NCBI GenBank assembly: GCA_018648645.1
Contig: JABGQS010000005.1
Location: 24,511-88,510, forward strand
Direction of reading: 5' to 3'
From: Clostridia bacterium
GTDB lineage: Bacteria > Bacillota > Clostridia > Christensenellales > SZUA-584
Length of the DNA: 64,000 nucleotides
Below the pieces are notes generated by a model, which saw only the letters and a list, made by a program, of their open reading frames with translations, searched no databases and was not told where the DNA came from. How positions within the stretch are numbered: the stretch's first letter is position 1; each line of letters starts with the position of its first letter. This document shows positions 9,398-18,757 of the stretch, one piece after another. The position numbers and the translations under genes are program-made.

Positions 9398-10645
9398 ATG
9401 GGTGAGTTAAAAGGAGCATGTATATTTGGACAGTCGGGTGGACCGACATCGGTAATTAACGCGAGTGCGACGGGCGTGTTTACGCAGGCGTTGAAGGAAG
9501 AAAACATCACAGCTGTATACGGCGCGGCGCACGGTATCAAAGGTGTTTTGGAAGAGATGCTTTACGACATGAGCAAAGAGGACGCAAAGGAGCTTGAGCT
9601 GCTAAAGACGACGCCTAGCTCGGCACTTGGTTCAGTACGCTACAAGCTGGCAGACGCGGCGGACGACGACACAGACTATAAACGCATGCTAGAGGTTTTC
9701 AAGAAGCACGACGTGCGCTATTTCTTCTACAACGGCGGCAACGACTCGATGGACACATGCAACAAAATAAGCAAGTTCATGGCAAAGAGCGGCTACGAAA
9801 TGCGCGTCATGGGAGTGCCAAAAACGATCGACAACGACCTTTGGGCGACCGACCACTGCCCCGGGTTTGCGAGCGCGGCAAAGTATATCGCGACAACAAC
9901 CATGGAAGTGTATCAGGACGCGCGGGTTTATGACACGGGCACAATCACCATCATCGAGATCATGGGAAGAAACGCAGGTTGGCTGACAGCGGCGGCGGCT
10001 CTCGCATCCACAAAAGGCGCAGGTCCGGATTTGATTTATCTGCCGGAGCGCGACTTTGACATGGATGATTTCCTCGGCAAAGTGCAAAAGATTTACGACG
10101 CGACAGGCAAAGTAATCGTTGCGGTTTCCGAAGGAATTCAGGACAAGGACGGCAAATACATTTCGTCCTACGGCAGCGACATGACAAGCAACACCGACAG
10201 CTTCGGTCACGTACAACTTGGTGGTTTGGCATACACGCTGTCCGGCTTTGTTAAAGAAAAGACGGGCGCAAAGATTCGCGCTATCGAGTTTAGTCTGATG
10301 CAGCGATGCGCAGCGCACGTGGCGTCTAATACCGACATCGACGAGAGTTTCCTTTCGGGACAAACAGCAGTCAAAGAAGCTGTCGGCGGCAAGAGCGATT
10401 ACATGGTCGGCTTCAAGTGCGACCGCACAAATGGCTACAAATGCGAAGTCGCACTGATTCCGCTGGACGATGTGGCAAACAAGGAAAAGACGATACCTGA
10501 CGAGTGGATTACCGCAGACGGCGTTGGCGTAACGCAAGACTTCATCGACTACGCACTGCCATTGATCCAAGGTGAAACACCGCTTCCAAAAGAAGACGGG
10601 TTGCCACGGTTCGCAAAGCTAAAGAAAGTTTTGGTTAGCAAGTAG
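9398..10645 (+). CDS. pfp: Pyrophosphate-dependent 6-phosphofructokinase
   Basis: 415 aa PFK fold. 'GGNDS' (Asp in place of the second Gly of the ATP-PFK GGDG motif) and 'PKTIDND' (Lys instead of Gly) are the signatures associated with PPi use. Confidence 0.75.
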   Translation: MGELKGACIFGQSGGPTSVINASATGVFTQALKEENITAVYGAAHGIKGVLEEMLYDMSKEDAKELELLKTTPSSALGSVRYKLADAADDDTDYKRMLEVFKKHDVRYFFYNGGNDSMDTCNKISKFMAKSGYEMRVMGVPKTIDNDLWATDHCPGFASAAKYIATTTMEVYQDARVYDTGTITIIEIMGRNAGWLTAAAALASTKGAGPDLIYLPERDFDMDDFLGKVQKIYDATGKVIVAVSEGIQDKDGKYISSYGSDMTSNTDSFGHVQLGGLAYTLSGFVKEKTGAKIRAIEFSLMQRCAAHVASNTDIDESFLSGQTAVKEAVGGKSDYMVGFKCDRTNGYKCEVALIPLDDVANKEKTIPDEWITADGVGVTQDFIDYALPLIQGETPLPKEDGLPRFAKLKKVLVSK

Positions 10646-10672
10646 AGTATAGTAATCAGCAGCATATATAAA

Positions 10673-10703
10673 ACGGCAGCGTCTAATCGCTGTCGTTTTT
10701 TTT
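10673..10703 (+). terminator. Rho-independent terminator after pfp
   Basis: acggcagcg/cgctgtcgt stem followed by T8. Confidence 0.7.
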
Positions 10704-10772
10704 GTGCAGATGCGTTTTGCTATCGCCCATATCGTGGTATAATAGCGACATCACTCAGAAAGAGGATATACT

Positions 10773-11960
10773 ATGACTGACATCGAACGCAAGCAGCTTG
10801 AGCTGCACACAGTAACCATTTTCCGCAACCTGCTGGACGATCCGCTAATCAGTCGCTTGTCGGCATTGATGAGCGCGAAGGGGAGCGCAAAGGAGCAGGT
10901 AGACACGTACTGCGAATTTGTGCACGAGCTGCTGCAAAGCGGAGACAACTTGACAGAGTATATTCTGAAGCGCGTGCTGGAGGACGAGAACGTATACATC
11001 GTTCAAAAAGCGCACGACATGCTCGTCAGCGAAGCGCTGGAGAGCAGCGCCAAGCACGAGCTAAAAATACTCGAAAGCATCGCGCGTCTTACGCCCGAAG
11101 ACTTCACTTCGCAAATCGAGTACGACGGGTATCTGCCAAAATGGAACACGTCGCGCATCGATTTCACCGGCGCATACAACGAGCGACTGCGCACCATCGA
11201 CATCGACGGCTACGGCATATTTGCCAAGTTCACGAAGTTTCGCTTCAGAGACGGCGAGATTGTGCCGGTGCAAAGCACAGACCCTGTTCGCTTCGCCGAC
11301 CTTAAGGAGTATGAGCGAGAGCGCAACCAAGTCATAAACAACACGCTTGCGCTTTTGGCCGGTAAAGCGGCGGCAAACGTGCTGCTTTACGGCGACGCGG
11401 GCACAGGCAAATCGTCCACCGTCAAAGCGATTATCAACGAGTATCAAGACAAAGGTCTTCGCCTTATCGAGATTGGCAAAAAGCAAGTCGCCGCGCTTCC
11501 TGCCATCATCGAGAAGCTGAAAAACAATCCGCTCAAGTTCATACTGTTCATCGACGACCTCTCGTTCTCGCAAGAAAACGATGACCTTTACGAGCTGAAA
11601 GCGGCGCTGGAAGGCTCGATATCGTCCATCTCAGCCAACGTGGTCATCTATGCAACCAGCAACCGTCGGCATCTCATCAAAGAAACATTCTCTGACCGAC
11701 AGGGCGACGACGTGCACCGCAACGAAACGCTGCAAGAGCAGTGGTCGCTCTCCGACCGCTTTGGGCTAAAGGTCCCCTTCATGATGCCAAGCAAAGACCT
11801 CTATCTCACCATCGTGCACGAGCTGAAAGCCGACTACAAAATAACAATCGACAACACAGAGCTAGACCTTCTTGCAGAGCGCTACGCCATCGGCGGCAGG
11901 TCGCCCCGTGCCGCGCGCCAGTTTATCGAGCAGCTGAAGTGCGCGGAGGATGGGGAGTAG
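10773..11960 (+). CDS. DUF815-type AAA ATPase
   Basis: 395 aa with Walker A 'GDAGTGKSS' and Walker B 'ILFIDDLSF', then 'VIYATSNRRHL'. Confidence 0.8.
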   Translation: MTDIERKQLELHTVTIFRNLLDDPLISRLSALMSAKGSAKEQVDTYCEFVHELLQSGDNLTEYILKRVLEDENVYIVQKAHDMLVSEALESSAKHELKILESIARLTPEDFTSQIEYDGYLPKWNTSRIDFTGAYNERLRTIDIDGYGIFAKFTKFRFRDGEIVPVQSTDPVRFADLKEYERERNQVINNTLALLAGKAAANVLLYGDAGTGKSSTVKAIINEYQDKGLRLIEIGKKQVAALPAIIEKLKNNPLKFILFIDDLSFSQENDDLYELKAALEGSISSISANVVIYATSNRRHLIKETFSDRQGDDVHRNETLQEQWSLSDRFGLKVPFMMPSKDLYLTIVHELKADYKITIDNTELDLLAERYAIGGRSPRAARQFIEQLKCAEDGE

Positions 11961-11983
11961 GGAGTTAGGGTGTTGGATATGTG

Positions 11984-12012
11984 ACGGCAGTGAGGGATCG
12001 CTGTCGTTTTTT
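11984..12012 (+). terminator. Rho-independent terminator after the DUF815 gene
   Basis: acggcag...ctgtcgt stem plus T6. The 5' arm 'acggcagtgagg' recurs at 12289. Confidence 0.65.
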
Positions 12013-12038
12013 GTTATAGAAAAATTATTCGATAGAAC

Positions 12039-12067
12039 TTGTGGTCGTGAATGTTTTATGGTATAAT
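12039..12067 (+). promoter_or_regulatory. Putative sigma-A promoter (extended -10)
   Basis: TTGTGG, 17-nt spacer, then TGgTATAAT, about 50 nt upstream of the small ORF. Confidence 0.45.
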
Positions 12068-12118
12068 TGTAATAATATGAAAACAGCACATAATAAACGA
12101 GAAGAAAGGAGAACGATT

Positions 12119-12268
12119 ATGGCAGTTAAGCACATTCCAACCAAAGAAGTTCATAAAGGCGTTAAAGGTGGAAAAACTGGTTGTGGTGTTGATACAACCA
12201 AACACCCTAGTCATTGGGTAAATACAAGTGCAAAAAAAACCTGTGATAAGAATGGATGTAAAAACTAA
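12119..12268 (+). CDS. Small Cys/His-containing protein of unknown family (49 aa)
   Basis: RBS aaggagaacgattATG. Sequence MAVKHIPTKEVHKGVKGGKTGCGVDTTKHPSHWVNTSAKKTCDKNGCKN. It is about 69% identical to the N-terminus of the next gene. Confidence 0.55.
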   Translation: MAVKHIPTKEVHKGVKGGKTGCGVDTTKHPSHWVNTSAKKTCDKNGCKN

Positions 12269-12288
12269 AAATCAGTAATAAAGATAAA

Positions 12289-12314
12289 ACGGCAGTGAGG
12301 AACATTGTCGTTTT
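12289..12314 (+). terminator. Rho-independent terminator (weaker copy)
   Basis: acggcag/ttgtcgt stem with G-U pairs followed by TTTT. Related to the terminator at 11984. Confidence 0.45.
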
Positions 12315-12405
12315 ATCTGCTAAAATTTTTTGGTTAGAAAGAAGGACACGAAGTTTAGTGCTATTATTGAAATAAATAGCAAGTATTATGGAAAGGAGAA
12401 AGATT

Positions 12406-13125
12406 ATGGCAGTTAAACATACACCAACAGGTATAGTTCACAGCGGTAAAAAAGGCGGCAAAACAGGGTGCGGAATAGATACCAGAGAGAAGATTAGTCA
12501 CTGGGTAAAGACTAACGAGAAAATAACCTGTGATCAGAATGGTTGTAAAAATAAGAAGAACAATATGAAGAACAATAAGAAGAAAAATAAATTGCTCATT
12601 AAAACATATGAGTTGATTGTGTTTGTTATTTTACTAGTAGTAAGCTCAGTAGCTACATTTGTTTTGGAGGATAAAAACTGTAGGATTTTTCAAGCCTTAG
12701 CTATAGGCGTTTTTTCTTCTACAATAGTTGCTATACTAATATATGTTACTACGATAATTCGAGAAAGAGAAGTGCTAAAGCAAGCTAGAAAAGATATTCT
12801 GTTAAACTTTATTAGAGATGAGATTGATTACATTCACAATATAAATTTAGAGTTAAAATTTTTTGAGAAACATGAAAGCAACTTTGTTGGCATAATAAGG
12901 GTAATTAAAAACAAACCAATATTCTATAAAAATATCTATGAATTAGCTAGCGAGAAAACGAAAGATGCAATTACTAATATAAATCTTAAAACCAATGAGA
13001 TCATACTTGAATTAGAAGAACAGCCAAATGAGGATCAAATACAAAGCTTTACTTCTGATTTAGACGAGTTGATGTTGCCTTTAATAGCTTGTCGAAACGA
13101 AATTGAAAGTAGAAAACTTAACTAA
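12406..13125 (+). CDS. Membrane protein with N-terminal copy of the 49-aa Cys/His module
   Basis: RBS aaggagaaagattATG; the annotated ORF start at 12388 lies inside the RBS. The module is followed by a KNKKNNMKNNKKKNK linker, two hydrophobic helices (LIVFVILLVVSSVATFVL, ALAIGVFSSTIVAILIYVTTII) and a ~120-aa tail. Very AT-rich. Confidence 0.6.
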   Translation: MAVKHTPTGIVHSGKKGGKTGCGIDTREKISHWVKTNEKITCDQNGCKNKKNNMKNNKKKNKLLIKTYELIVFVILLVVSSVATFVLEDKNCRIFQALAIGVFSSTIVAILIYVTTIIREREVLKQARKDILLNFIRDEIDYIHNINLELKFFEKHESNFVGIIRVIKNKPIFYKNIYELASEKTKDAITNINLKTNEIILELEEQPNEDQIQSFTSDLDELMLPLIACRNEIESRKLN

Positions 13126-13295
13126 TTTTATAACTTGGGATATCACGTACCTGCATAGTAGTCTTCTATTTGTTTTTCTCTTACCCAAAAACCCACTCTT
13201 TATTTTTCCCCCACGATACGCTATAATAATCTATGAATATGAAGCATGGAAGAACGGTAGCTTTTTTTTGTGCAAAAACATAAAGGGAGACGCAA

Positions 13296-14588
13296 ATGAT
13301 TTGGAACGAAGGAATCGAGTGCGCATCGCGAGAGAAGATAGAAGCGATACAGCTCGAGCGGCTTAGAAGCACGGTAGAAAACTGTTATAACAACGTGCCG
13401 CATTATAAGAAAAAGCTTGACGCAGCGGGCGTGAAACCAGGCGACTTTAAGACGCTTGCTGACATTACGAAAATTCCGTTTACAGAAAAGGACGACCTGC
13501 GAGCCAACTATCCGTACAAGCTGTTTGCGGTGCCGATGAAAGATGTCGTGCGCATTCACGCGTCGTCGGGCACAACGGGCAAACCAACGGTGGTCGGATA
13601 CACGCAGAACGATTTGGATATGTGGGCAGAGGTTGTGGCACGGCTGGCTTGCGCGGCGGGTGCAACGAGCGAGGACATCGCGCAGATTTCGTTTGGGTAC
13701 ACGCTGTTCACCGGCGCGTTTGGGCTGCACTATGGGCTAGAGAAACTGGGTGCGACGATTATTCCGATATCGGGCGGCAACACAGACCGCCAAATCAACG
13801 TGATGGAGGACTTTGGCACAACGCTGCTGGTCAGCACGCCAAGCTACGCGCTCTATCTTGCCGAGGTCGCGAAAAAGAAGGGCATCGACACCAAGAAGCT
13901 TCCGCTCAAAATCGGCATGTTTGGCGGCGAAGGGCACACAGAGCAAATGCGTGCACAGATAGAAAAGGAGCTCGACATCATCGCGACAGAGAACTACGGG
14001 CTGTCCGAGATTATCGGACCCGGCACCAGCGGCGAGTGTACGGTCAAAGACGGTATGCACATTGCCGAAGACCATTTTTACTGCGAGATTGTAGACAAAG
14101 ACACACTAGAGCCTGTGCCATATGGCGAGCCGGGCGAGATGGTCATCACGTCGCTGAGCAAAGAAGCGCTGCCGATATTGCGCTATCGCACCAAGGACAT
14201 CACGTGGCTGATTCCCGAGAAGTGCAAATGTGGCAGAACGTCGATGCGCATGGCAAAGATACAAGGGCGCACAGACGATATGCTTATCATCCGCGGGGTC
14301 AACGTGTTCCCGTCGCAGATCGAAGGCGTGCTGCTCGATGTCGAGGGCATTGGTCCGCACTACGAGATTATCGTCAAGAAAGACGGTGTGATGGACAAGA
14401 TCGAAGTCATGGTAGAGCTTGTTGACGCAAGCTTGTTAGAGAGCTTCAGCGCACTCGAAGAGATAGAGAAAAAAATTAAACACGATTTGTTTACCATACT
14501 TAACATAAGCGCGGACGTGCATCTGGCAGAGCCGGAATCGCTAAAGCGTTTTGAAGGTAAGGCACAAAGAGTGACAGATTTACGATAA
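13296..14588 (+). CDS. paaK: Phenylacetate-CoA ligase family protein
   Basis: 430 aa with '[17 protein letters not shown]', 'YGLSEIIGPG' and a C-terminal 'GKAQRVTDLR'. Confidence 0.9.
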   Translation: MIWNEGIECASREKIEAIQLERLRSTVENCYNNVPHYKKKLDAAGVKPGDFKTLADITKIPFTEKDDLRANYPYKLFAVPMKDVVRIHASSGTTGKPTVVGYTQNDLDMWAEVVARLACAAGATSEDIAQISFGYTLFTGAFGLHYGLEKLGATIIPISGGNTDRQINVMEDFGTTLLVSTPSYALYLAEVAKKKGIDTKKLPLKIGMFGGEGHTEQMRAQIEKELDIIATENYGLSEIIGPGTSGECTVKDGMHIAEDHFYCEIVDKDTLEPVPYGEPGEMVITSLSKEALPILRYRTKDITWLIPEKCKCGRTSMRMAKIQGRTDDMLIIRGVNVFPSQIEGVLLDVEGIGPHYEIIVKKDGVMDKIEVMVELVDASLLESFSALEEIEKKIKHDLFTILNISADVHLAEPESLKRFEGKAQRVTDLR

Positions 14589-14602
14589 AGAGGGAGAAAC
14601 CA

Positions 14603-16333
14603 ATGACAAAGAAACTAATGCTGGGAAACGCGGCTTTTGCAAGGGGCGCGTGGGAAGCAGGCGCGACAGTAGCGGCTGCATACCCGGGAACACCAAGCAC
14701 AGAAATCACAGAGAACGTGGCAACATACGACGAGATACTTGCGCAGTGGGCGCCTAACGAGAAGGTCGCGCTAGAGGTCGCTATCGGCGCATCGTTCGGC
14801 GGCGCACGGGCGCTTTGTGCCATGAAGCACGTCGGGCTAAACGTAGCGGCAGATCCGCTTTTCACAGCGGCGTACACGGGCGTCAACGGCGGTCTGGTTA
14901 TCGTCGTGGCGGACGATCCCGGAATGAACTCGAGCCAAAACGAGCAGGACTCGCGGTTCTATGCGAGAAGCGCGCACGTGCCGATGCTCGAGCCAAGCGA
15001 CAGCCATGAAGCCAAAGAATTCGTCAAAGCGGCGTTCGAGCTGAGCGAGAAATATGACACTCCGGTGTTTGTGCGTTCAAACACTCGCTTGTCACATTCG
15101 CAAGGCGTTGTAGAGCTGATGGAGCGAGCTGACGTTGCGCTAAAGCCATACGTCAAAGACATTCCAAAGTACGTGATGATGCCGGGCATGGCTCGCAAAC
15201 GTCACGTTATCGTAGAGCAGCGCATGAACGATATCAAAGAGTTTGCGAACTCGACCGAGCTTAACAAGGTCGAGATGAACGATACAGCAATTGGCGTAAT
15301 TACTGCCGGCGTAACGTACAACGACGTTAAGGAAGCACTGCCGAACGCGAGCGTTCTAAAGCTCGGCATGATATATCCGCTTCCCGCAAAAACAATTGCG
15401 GACTTTGCAGCCAAAGTAGACAAGCTGTACATCGTGGAAGAGCTGGAGCCGTTCTTCGAAGACGCTATCAAAGCGATGGGTATCGACATCATCGGTAAAG
15501 AGATTTTCACACTGCAAGGCGAATACAGCGCGAACATGATTGCAAAAGGCATTTTGGGCAAGCAAATTGACAGCAGAGACGCAGGCGTTTTGCCGATGCG
15601 ACCTCCTGTTATGTGTCCGGGATGTCCACACAGAGCGGTCTATCACGTGCTGAAAAAGCTGAAGATTATGGCAACGGGCGACATCGGGTGCTACACGCTT
15701 GGCGCATTGCCACCGCACGAGGGCATCGACATGTGCGTTTGCATGGGCGCAAGCATCAGCATGGCGACAGGGCTGGAGAAAGCACGCGGCAAGGACTTTG
15801 CTCGAAAGCTAGTCGCTGTTATCGGAGACTCGACGTTCTTCCATTCTGGTATCACAGGTTTGGTGGACATGGTATACAACGGCGCGACATCAACAGTGAT
15901 GATACTCGACAACTCGACCACCGGAATGACAGGGCATCAAGATCATCCGTCTACAGGCAAAAACCTGAAAGGCGACGTTGCGGCGGTCATAGACATCGAA
16001 ACGCTGGTGCGTGGGCTTGGCGTAAAGAACGTGCGCACAGTGGACCCGTTCGACATGAAAGCGCTCGAAGTGATATTGAAGGAAGAAACGGCGAGGGAAG
16101 AAGTCAGCGTGATTATCACGCAGCGACCTTGCGCTCTGTTGCCGCAAGTACCTGTTCTGCCCGCGCTCCATATTAACGATACGTGCACGAGCTGCGGTAT
16201 GTGCATGAAGCTAGGCTGCCCGGCTATCGAGCGGCACGAGAACGGCATGTGGATAAACGAAACGCTTTGCAACGGCTGCGGACTTTGCGTAAAGGTGTGC
16301 AAGTTCGATTCGATAAAAAAGGCGGGTGAGTAA
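14603..16333 (+). CDS. iorA: Indolepyruvate:ferredoxin oxidoreductase alpha subunit
   Basis: 576 aa with TPP-binding 'GDIGCYTLG...GDSTFFHSG' and a C-terminal 2x[4Fe-4S] 'CTSCGMCMKLGCP...CNGCGLCVKVC'. Confidence 0.9.
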   Translation: MTKKLMLGNAAFARGAWEAGATVAAAYPGTPSTEITENVATYDEILAQWAPNEKVALEVAIGASFGGARALCAMKHVGLNVAADPLFTAAYTGVNGGLVIVVADDPGMNSSQNEQDSRFYARSAHVPMLEPSDSHEAKEFVKAAFELSEKYDTPVFVRSNTRLSHSQGVVELMERADVALKPYVKDIPKYVMMPGMARKRHVIVEQRMNDIKEFANSTELNKVEMNDTAIGVITAGVTYNDVKEALPNASVLKLGMIYPLPAKTIADFAAKVDKLYIVEELEPFFEDAIKAMGIDIIGKEIFTLQGEYSANMIAKGILGKQIDSRDAGVLPMRPPVMCPGCPHRAVYHVLKKLKIMATGDIGCYTLGALPPHEGIDMCVCMGASISMATGLEKARGKDFARKLVAVIGDSTFFHSGITGLVDMVYNGATSTVMILDNSTTGMTGHQDHPSTGKNLKGDVAAVIDIETLVRGLGVKNVRTVDPFDMKALEVILKEETAREEVSVIITQRPCALLPQVPVLPALHINDTCTSCGMCMKLGCPAIERHENGMWINETLCNGCGLCVKVCKFDSIKKAGE

Positions 16334-16335
16334 CT

Positions 16336-16917
16336 ATGACTAATCAAAACAGCAAAGATATTTTAATCGTGGGTGTGGGCGGACAAGGCACGCTTCTGGC
16401 AAGCAGAATACTCGGCAACCTCGCAATATCGCAAGGGCACGATGTAAAGCTGTCCGAAGTACACGGAATGGCACAGCGCGGCGGCAGCGTGGTTACGCAT
16501 GTTCGTTATGGCAGCAAGGTTTTTGCGCCGACAGTCGATGCAGGCAGCGCAGACATCATCATTGCTTTTGAGAAACTCGAAGCGCTGCGTTGGATTGGCA
16601 AATTGAAACCAAACGGCAAAATGTTTGTCAATACGCAAGAAATTGCGCCGATGCCGGTCGTCACGGGCGCAGTAGCGTACCCAAGTGACATCGAAGGTAC
16701 AATTGCAAACGAAGTACCCGGCACCGTTTTCGTAGACGCGCTGTCGATGGCAAAGCAGGCAGGCAACGCCAAAGCGGTAAATACAGTGCTGATTGGCGTG
16801 CTGGCAAAGCACATGGACATCGACAAACAAGCATTTTTGGACGCGATCAAGGCGACTGTGCCTGAGCGATTCCTAGACATAAACATCATCGCGTTCGAAA
16901 AAGGATATAACAGCTAG
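16336..16917 (+). CDS. iorB: Indolepyruvate:ferredoxin oxidoreductase beta subunit
   Basis: 193 aa with 'IVGVGGQGTLLASRILG' and 'SEVHGMAQRGGSV'. Starts 2 nt after the iorA stop. Confidence 0.9.
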   Translation: MTNQNSKDILIVGVGGQGTLLASRILGNLAISQGHDVKLSEVHGMAQRGGSVVTHVRYGSKVFAPTVDAGSADIIIAFEKLEALRWIGKLKPNGKMFVNTQEIAPMPVVTGAVAYPSDIEGTIANEVPGTVFVDALSMAKQAGNAKAVNTVLIGVLAKHMDIDKQAFLDAIKATVPERFLDINIIAFEKGYNS

Positions 16918-16932
16918 AGATAGGAGAGAGCT

Positions 16933-18225
16933 ATGATTTGGAATCAGAAAATCGAGTGTATGGACAGAGAGCAGTTGTCGGTTCTGCAAACAGAAAAGCT
17001 GCGCAAGACAGCGCAAAAGGTGTACGAGAACGTGCCTTTCTATAAGCAAGCATTTGACGAGCTTGGCGTAAAGCCGGATGACATCAAGTCACTCGACGAT
17101 TTGCAAAGCCTGCCGTTCACAGTAAAAAGCGATTTGCGCGACCACTATCCGTTTGGGCTGTTCAGCGCAAAATCGGAAGACATCGTGCGGCTGCACGCGT
17201 CTTCGGGCACAACGGGCAAACCGACGGTTGTCGGCTACACCGCGCGCGATATCAAAAACTGGGGAGACCTGATGGCGCGAAGCTTTGCGTTTGCAGGCGG
17301 CAATAAGAACTCGGTGATACAAGTGGCGTACGGCTATGGGCTGTTTACAGGAGGTCTTGGCGCGCACTATGGCGCAGAAGCGCTTGGCGCAACCACGATA
17401 CCGATTTCGGGAGGCAACACAAAACGCCAAATCATGCTGATGCAGGACTTTGGCACAACGATTATCGCGGCGACACCTTCGTACATGCTGTTTATGGCAG
17501 AGACTATGGAAGAGATGGGCGTTGATCCAAAATCGCTAAAGCTGGAGGCGGGCGTGTTTGGCGCAGAGCCTTGGACAGAAGCGATGCGTACAGAGATCGA
17601 GCAGCGCTTTGGCATTCTCGCCATCGATATATACGGACTATCCGAAATCATGGGACCGGGTGTGGCGAGCGATTGCGAGTGCAAGTGCGGTCTGCACATC
17701 TCCGAAGACTTCTTCCTGCCCGAGATTATCGATCCGGTGACGCTAAAGCCGCTGCCATACGGGAGCGAGGGCGAGCTTGTTTTCACAACCATCGACAAAG
17801 ACGGCATTCCGCTGATACGATACAGAACGCGCGACATCACCTCGCTTAACGCAGACACTTGCGAGTGCGGCAGAACGATGGTGCGAATGCAAAAGGTATT
17901 GGGGCGCAGCGACGATATGCTGATTATCCGCGGTGTCAATGTGTTCCCGTCACAAATCGAAGGCGTGTTGATGGACATAGCGGGCGTATCTCCGCACTAC
18001 CAAATCGTCGTAGACCGTGCCCACAATTTCGACAGACTCGAAGTGCAGGTAGAGGTGGAAGGCAGCTTGTTTAGCGACGAGGTCAGGCGACTTGAGGAGC
18101 TTCGCGCAAAGATTCAAGCAGATATACAAACAGTGCTCGGCATAAATGTGAAAGTATCGCTGGTCGAGCCTAAGACGATTGAGCGAAGCATGGGCAAAGC
18201 AAAAAGAGTGATTGATAACCGCTAA
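16933..18225 (+). CDS. paaK: Phenylacetate-CoA ligase family protein (second paralogue)
   Basis: 430 aa, colinear with the 13296 copy ('[17 protein letters not shown]', '[10 protein letters not shown]', '[10 protein letters not shown]'). Confidence 0.9.
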   Translation: MIWNQKIECMDREQLSVLQTEKLRKTAQKVYENVPFYKQAFDELGVKPDDIKSLDDLQSLPFTVKSDLRDHYPFGLFSAKSEDIVRLHASSGTTGKPTVVGYTARDIKNWGDLMARSFAFAGGNKNSVIQVAYGYGLFTGGLGAHYGAEALGATTIPISGGNTKRQIMLMQDFGTTIIAATPSYMLFMAETMEEMGVDPKSLKLEAGVFGAEPWTEAMRTEIEQRFGILAIDIYGLSEIMGPGVASDCECKCGLHISEDFFLPEIIDPVTLKPLPYGSEGELVFTTIDKDGIPLIRYRTRDITSLNADTCECGRTMVRMQKVLGRSDDMLIIRGVNVFPSQIEGVLMDIAGVSPHYQIVVDRAHNFDRLEVQVEVEGSLFSDEVRRLEELRAKIQADIQTVLGINVKVSLVEPKTIERSMGKAKRVIDNR

Positions 18226-18325
18226 AAGGAGCAAGCAAAGCTTGACACATTTTGATTGAACCATAGTGAATCGAGTGAAGTTGACAAGCAGTTGCTGCTT
18301 CGAGTATGAAAGGAAGGTCATAAAT

Positions 18326-18748
18326 ATGATTAAACAATTATCCGTTTTTATTGAGAACAAAAAGGGCAGACTTGCAAAAATTACAGGCGTGCTGGCAGAC
18401 GCCGGGATAGACCTCATCGCGCTGTCGATTGCCGACACGACCAACTTTGGCATAATGCGTGGCATCGTGAAAGACCCCGACAAAGCAGTCAATATTCTAA
18501 AAGAGAACGGCTTTACGGCGAGCCTTGCAGAAGTGTTCGTGGTAGAAGTTCCGGACGAGCCGGGCGGACTTTCAAACGTATTACAGCTGCTTGACGAAGC
18601 GGACGTTAGCATAGAGTATCTATATTCGTTTGTGTTCGCACAAAACGAAAACGCGCTTATCCTCTTTAGGGTAGAAGATATTGACGGTGCGGTAGCCAAG
18701 CTAAAGCAAAACGGTGTAAAGCTGCTTACAGCCGACGATATTTATTAG
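18326..18748 (+). CDS. ACT domain-containing protein
   Basis: 'MIKQLSVFIENKKGRLAKITGVLADAGIDLIALSIADT' is a typical ACT start. RBS gaaaggaagg lies before the internal ATG at 18326; the ORF opens at 18266. Confidence 0.8.
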   Translation: MIKQLSVFIENKKGRLAKITGVLADAGIDLIALSIADTTNFGIMRGIVKDPDKAVNILKENGFTASLAEVFVVEVPDEPGGLSNVLQLLDEADVSIEYLYSFVFAQNENALILFRVEDIDGAVAKLKQNGVKLLTADDIY

Positions 18749-18757
18749 GAAAAGATT

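Noticed and set aside
9689-10570. 293-aa antisense ORF opposite pfp
   Set aside because: It is a shadow ORF wholly within a confidently identified gene. The sequence is low-complexity and Cys/Arg/Val-rich, with no motif.
10673-12314. Recurrent 'CGGCAG...CTGTCGTTTT' terminator arms (also near 30584, 40381 and 61985) as a dispersed repeat family
   Set aside because: The shared strings are only 6-8 nt, and the loops and partner arms differ. Only the 11984/12289 pair shares a longer arm, and that pair is covered in the duplication finding. The rest is probably a compositional preference of intrinsic terminators.
13622-14425. 267-aa Arg/His-rich ORF on the + strand inside paaK
   Set aside because: It is an alternative frame of a well-supported gene. 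The composition (RRR, HRR runs) is typical of an off-frame reading of GC-rich coding DNA. It has no RBS.
17950-18699. 249-aa antisense ORF spanning the paaK2/ACT junction
   Set aside because: It lies antisense to two recognisable genes, has Ser-rich shadow composition and no RBS.
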